Shown here: one piece after another, positions 58,745 to 64,000 of the stretch | Layout of the letters: every line of letters begins with the position of its first letter | Position numbering within the stretch: position 1 is the stretch's first letter | NCBI GenBank assembly: GCA_012295275.1 | Contig: CM022670.1 | Span: 30,814,001 to 30,878,000 of the forward strand | Direction of reading: 5' to 3' | Source: Chrysomallon squamiferum | Taxonomy: Eukaryota > Animalia > Mollusca | Length of the DNA: 64,000 nt | Position numbers and translations under genes: made by a program | Notes under the pieces: generated by a model | What the model saw: only the letters and a program-made list of their open reading frames with translations | Told to the model about the DNA's origin: nothing | Databases searched by the model: none

Positions 58745-60879
58745 CTACAAGTGCAAAATCATTATTTACATTGAGTGGGAACATTATAAATATTTATTCT
58801 TGAGGTAGTTCTGCATTACCAATAATAGGAGATATGTTAACTGCACTGCTGGAATTACTTTTACATATGATAAATAAAATTCTGCATTTCACACAAAAAA
58901 TAATTTTAATACAGCTAGAACTCTATTTATGACCATTTGTGAAACACATCTGTCTACCTCTCTATACTAATAACAAATCAAACCAACATACAAACAAACA
59001 AAAAATAATAATAATAACAATAATAATAATTTTTTAAAAACCACAAATAAAATATTCGAGAAGAAAAAAAACGATCATTACTTAATTTCATTCCTGAATA
59101 TGATATTTGGCAAAAACAAAAACAATGCTGAATAATGTTTTGTAAACAAACAACCATGAGCAAATTCTTCAAAATTAACATCCAATCCAGATTATGTCAG
59201 TCAGAAAGAATGTAATCCAGTATTAGGTGTTTATTTGCTGTCTGAAATAAATACTGTTTACTTTCAGAAACATTTAAACAGCTTGAATGAACTGGAAAAT
59301 ATTCTTAAAAATATTAGTCAATACACATTTTGAATCTTTAAAGAATTTTGAACTATATTTATATATTTAAGTAATCTCACTATGACCAATTTTTATATTT
59401 GAAAAAAAGAATATATTTCTTTGTCTTTTCGGTAGGGATGTCAACTGATGGATTCGTTTTAATTAGTATCCCCATAATAAAGTACTTCTAACCTTATACA
59501 TGAAGTCATTTTTAATATAACAATTCCTAAATCTGAGGACATATTTTCTTCAAGCAATCTGTTTTGTTCAGAAAGATGATGTAATAATATTCAGCCTAGT
59601 ATTAACATTTAACAGTATGTTAATTTCATTAAAATTGTATGAAATAAGTTGAATAATTTATACTGATCCTATTTATTCAATTCACAGATAATTTTTGAAT
59701 AAATATAATAACATTCATTATGTTTTGTTATCTCTAAAGCTCTTCTTTGCAAAATTCATACATAATAATGATAATATTATAATAATAAATTACATTCATT
59801 ATCAATTATTTGTGTAATTTACACATCATTACATTTCATCATATAGCAGATGTGACTTTTGAATAACATTTAATGGTTACTCACAATAATGTATACAAGC
59901 CTCTCAATTGCTGATTACATGTTATCTACAGAAATTAGTCTAATATATTCAACTCCAAATGCCTATCAATATGGTAAAAGGTAAGCTAACACTTTATGCC
60001 AAAAAAGGCAATTCATTTTATATGTGTTTCTTTTAACAATATTATAAATTTATTTCAAACTTTTACAATGTTTTTGTCTTCATTTATGATATAACTAAAC
60101 AATAAACTGTGAGATAGTACTTCACACTTTGTTACTTATTACAGTACTTCTAACAATGTTTCTATATTCAGTTATGACCTAATGTGTATATTTCACACTA
60201 CTACTGTACTATATTCAAATAAACCTGATCCAGCATGTCCAGACATTATAATTCTTCTTGAGTAACCAATAGTTACATCAACTAGATACGTCAATGACAC
60301 AACTCAAGCCATTAAGAGATATAAAGGATGTGACACAAGATCTACGTTTTTACTTGGCTAATTTTTGTACTGATTAATGAAATACAAACCACATGGTGTT
60401 ATATCTACAGAAATGAAAAATGAAAAATAATCAATCAGTTAATTAATCAGCTGACTAAATGAAGTATTTATGTGCCAGCAATATTCTAATATGCTTGTGT
60501 TAAGCATAGTGTCAAGACTTCTATAATTATAAAGGAAAATTTTTTTTTCAAAATAAAAAAATTGTTTCAGGGATAAATAAAGAATATGATCTGATAAGGA
60601 ATACTGTTTGGATATGTGTGTCTTTCCATTTTTAAATGAAGTTTTTAAAATAAAATACACATATACACATGCATGCACATAAGCACACAGCTCATAGTAA
60701 CAAGGGTAATGTTTAAACTGATTACAGGTCACACTTCACTTTGTTTCCAGACACAGCTTGTAACAACAATCTGTTGCAAAACATTCACACATGCTCTTTA
60801 ATGACAGGTAGGAATGGATTATTCGATCCCATTTTGTTGAATTCCTTCATGTCAAAGTCATAACTAAATCACTAATCCC

Positions 60880-61860
60880 CTTCATGGTACCCTCAAATAA
60901 GACAATGGACTAGGCCACAGGGTTGTCATCCCATCCTTGGAGAGGTGCCTTGGCTTCAGCCTGCAACTGTCTCTTGAGACATCCTAGCCGGTTGACACAT
61001 TCCCTGTACATTCGCTTCCTGGATGGAGCTGCACCTCCAAACTGGAACTGAATCCTTTTGGCCCGCTCTGCCTTCTCAATTCCTTGGATAAGGTCTACAA
61101 ACTTGTAGATGTTGGGGTGCTGGTGGGGTAGAGCTCTGTTGAGCCTTCAGTGGAACCCTTCCAAATTGTTGTTTGTCCTGGGTCCTGTGGTGGCCGAGGT
61201 CAGTGGTCTTGCACCACTTAGCCTGGCAGAAGTGGAAGAAGCAGCCTTTCAGTACAGTACATGGAAATACCTGCTCAAGAGCCTGGATGGAAGCCATCTT
61301 GAAGTGCATGTAGCTGGTTCCAACGGCCGATGCACCACCTCATGGAAATGTATCTACAGCTGGTCGAAGAAGCGGACGTAGTTGGTCTTCTGGCAGTCAG
61401 GCAACAACACAAACACGTAGGGGTACATATTGGAACCAAAGGATCTATACACAATGTACAACTGGTTCCATAAACCATGGCAAGAGGAGAACGTCCTGTC
61501 CATGTAGATCTCTTAATTGATCATCAGTTGAGATCACCACCATTTTGTCAGCATCTCCATCTGTTTGTGTCCAGGGTCCTTGTAGGTGCAATTCTTCTCT
61601 GGAGGCTGGGAGGATGGGGATGGTGGTTTTATGATGACGGTACAAGGTGTTCTTCACACTGTGAAAGGTAGGCAAGATGGGAATGTCATTGTCATCTCGG
61701 TGGGCAATCTCATCGTTTTATGGGCGTCATTTTGTCTCTCGCCCGCTTGCAGATGGTGCTCATGAAACAAATGGCAGTCTGGTTATTTACTGCATTGGAT
61801 TAACCCATCCATTTCAACAAAATGGAATTCAACAAGATGGGACGACACCGAACGGGTAAG
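60880..61860 (-). mobile_element. Degenerate Mutator-like (MULE) transposase remnant, probably intronic
   Basis: Frameshifted fragments LPTFHSVKNTLYR..P.LPASREELHLQGPWTQT, ASIQALEQVFP..LKGCFFHFCQA.W, RTNNNLEGFH.RLNRALPHQHPNIYKFVDLIQ; GC-richer than flanks. Confidence 0.88.
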
Positions 61861-62529
61861 TACTGCTATTAAAATATTAAACATTAAGAAAATATCCTCT
61901 TTTTTTTATCATTTCTCTTTGTTCCCTGCCATTTTCTCCAGTGTGCTTTGGTGACTTAAAACATCATGGTAAGATACTTTTTTATCTCATGGTATCTGAA
62001 GATTTGTATTGTCAGTGGTTTTAAAGAACTGCTTCCCACTGCAACAATGCATCAAGAAACAAATTCAATAATGGCTACATTTCAGCTTTGGACAAAAGAT
62101 AATTTGATGTAGCTTATCCCAAGACAGCTGAAACCAATGGTTTGTTAAACATGTTTTAGGAACAATGTGTTATCCAAGTATTGGTGCCAGCAAAAAATCG
62201 ATATTTGCCGTCATTCTATAAATTACTTTCATGTTAAAATAATTATAAAACAAGTGCTTTAAATAAAAGAGCATGTGTCATCATCTTCTAAGTACATTTA
62301 CATTTGGAACAAAAACCTCCTTTAGTTTCTTGCATTTTTAACAAGACTAATTTTGTCAAGATTATTTCCAGATCTAGCCAGTTCTATGCCAATATAACTT
62401 CAATGTTGTGGTTTCAAGGCAGATGCATGTAAAATATTGTTAAATGATAACATTTATGTTTTAACTCATTTTGGAAACAATAATGTTTTGTTAAAAGGCA
62501 TTGTAAAACAACTGTCTTATAATTCATTG

Positions 62530-62720
62530 AGTGGGATGTAGTTAGTTTAGTCATTAAGAGTTCAGGCCTGAGGCACAGTGGTTCATAGAACAATTCTCAT
62601 TAGTGCACCCACAAAGTTATTTCTTAACTGAATCGTTGTTTCACAACCGTTTTATCAAAGGATATGGTATCTGTTTCCTGTCTACGAGCATATTCATTTA
62701 AAAACTTCCACTTTGATAAC
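62530..62720 (+). mobile_element. Possible degenerate tRNA-derived SINE
   Basis: Head gtgggatgtagttagtttagtc resembles a tRNA 5' end/A-box; the body (tatcaaaggatatggtatctgtttcctgtct) recalls mollusc SINE cores from memory only; highly decayed. Confidence 0.4.
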
Positions 62721-64000
62721 TTAATAACTTTCTTTAATTATAAGATTGGTTGTTACAGCTTATAAAAAATAAATAAAAATTAATAATAAAATTATGGACT
62801 TTTTCTATTTGTAATCAAATCAACATATTATGTACTGATTGTAAGTTAATTATGGCTCATATATGATTCTGAAAGTTTATTTCCTGTTATTAAACATGTA
62901 TGAAGTAATAACCTTCAGAAATGTATCACAGCAAAACAGAAAGAAAATAAGAAAACAGAAATATAATTCCATCATTTTATGTCAAAATATAACTTTAGAT
63001 TTGTTAATTTGATCCGAAAAGCTACTGTAACCAAATCTAATCTACACTGCTGTAATTTTGACAGTATGTATGCAAATAACTTCATCAGTATTTCTTTACA
63101 GCAGTCACAGGTGAAATTGCCATTAATTTGTTATAACTATAAAATAAATTGCAATGCCTCTTTCCTGGGAAATAATAGGATGGATGTTTTGTTTAAGACT
63201 TCAGATTTTAGTTTACAGACTAATACTGCTGTTCTGCATCAAGCACACCAGATAATAAACAGCATGCTTTGTGCATAATAGCAATTTTAATTTAACTCTT
63301 TACATGCCAATATCAGGTTATGACTTGGTTATGTTTAACCTGAATCCCGCCTTCATCACATAGCTGGTGATATGGGATCTTTATAATTTCTATTTATCTA
63401 ATATTAATTTTAAAAGTATTTCAGAAATGTAGGCATAACAACTATTGATGCATAGTATTGTGGTCTATTAGAGAGCAGCCCAATACTTCTGATTTCAGCA
63501 CTCATACTGTGAACAAAAAGAGAAACAAAGTATTTCATATTGTGTCATAACTCAAGAAAAATAAAGTCAAAACTCTCATAGAAATTTGAAACCTTATAAT
63601 TGGTCTATAAACAAAGCTATCCCATCATTTGTTTTCTTACAAATACCATTATAATCATCATAATGTGAAATGATAATATAGTTAATTTAAAGCAAATGAA
63701 ATTAAACCTGCCCTGTGAGATATTACTTTTATCTGAAGACTGAAAGATCAAATCCAACATGTGTAACTAAATATGGTGGTTTGTACAGAGGTTTTACTGT
63801 GTTCAGATCTATCTATGTGCAGGTAATTAAAAGAGGCACAAATAGGCAATATGACAAAACACAGTTAAATGAAGATACTGGAATATTGTAGATTTATAAC
63901 TAGTTCTATGATCATTTACTTTGAATGAGATAACCTTTTTTTATTTATTTATTTTTTTTTTTTACAGTACTTGGCATTAATTGTATTCAGATATTCATTC

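Noticed and set aside
58801-58810. TGAGGTAGTT resembling the let-7 5' end
   Set aside because: Match stops after 9-10 nt, no hairpin partner, and it is intronic so not a UTR target site.
61109-61859. Plus-strand ORFs over the 61 kb GC-richer block
   Set aside because: Antisense shadows of the minus-strand MULE transposase remnant.
58745-64000. Search for further upstream EGFLAM exons
   Set aside because: No segment with LamG N-terminal motifs and a compatible phase-2 donor was found by eye; the next exon is probably beyond the window.

Overview
Eukaryotic, very AT-rich, microsatellite-dense genomic DNA, most likely from a lophotrochozoan such as a mollusc (inferred from composition and repeat style, not proven). 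One protein-coding gene is well supported: the 3' part of a pikachurin/EGFLAM-like extracellular matrix gene on the minus strand. Ten GT-AG exons between 58744 and 51761 splice in frame (1681 nt, about 559 aa) and encode LamG-EGF-LamG-EGF-LamG; the upstream exons were not found in the window. CpG is strongly depleted from about 45.5 kb to the window end, and a good poly(A) signal at 45701-45706 suggests a 3' UTR of about 6 kb. Positions 1-45 kb are a CpG-retaining stretch with no recognisable protein-coding gene. It holds microsatellites, two decayed Mutator-like (MULE) transposon fragments, regulatory-looking islands, a recent inverted duplication plus tandem triplication, and two sets of plus-strand exon-like signals (candidate lncRNA or small-ORF transcripts). 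A third MULE remnant lies upstream of the visible exons. Nearly all other ORFs in the track are microsatellite artefacts. I cannot claim a new biological system. The best leads are splice-level oddities in the LamG gene, a pre-miRNA-like hairpin and the candidate small transcripts.
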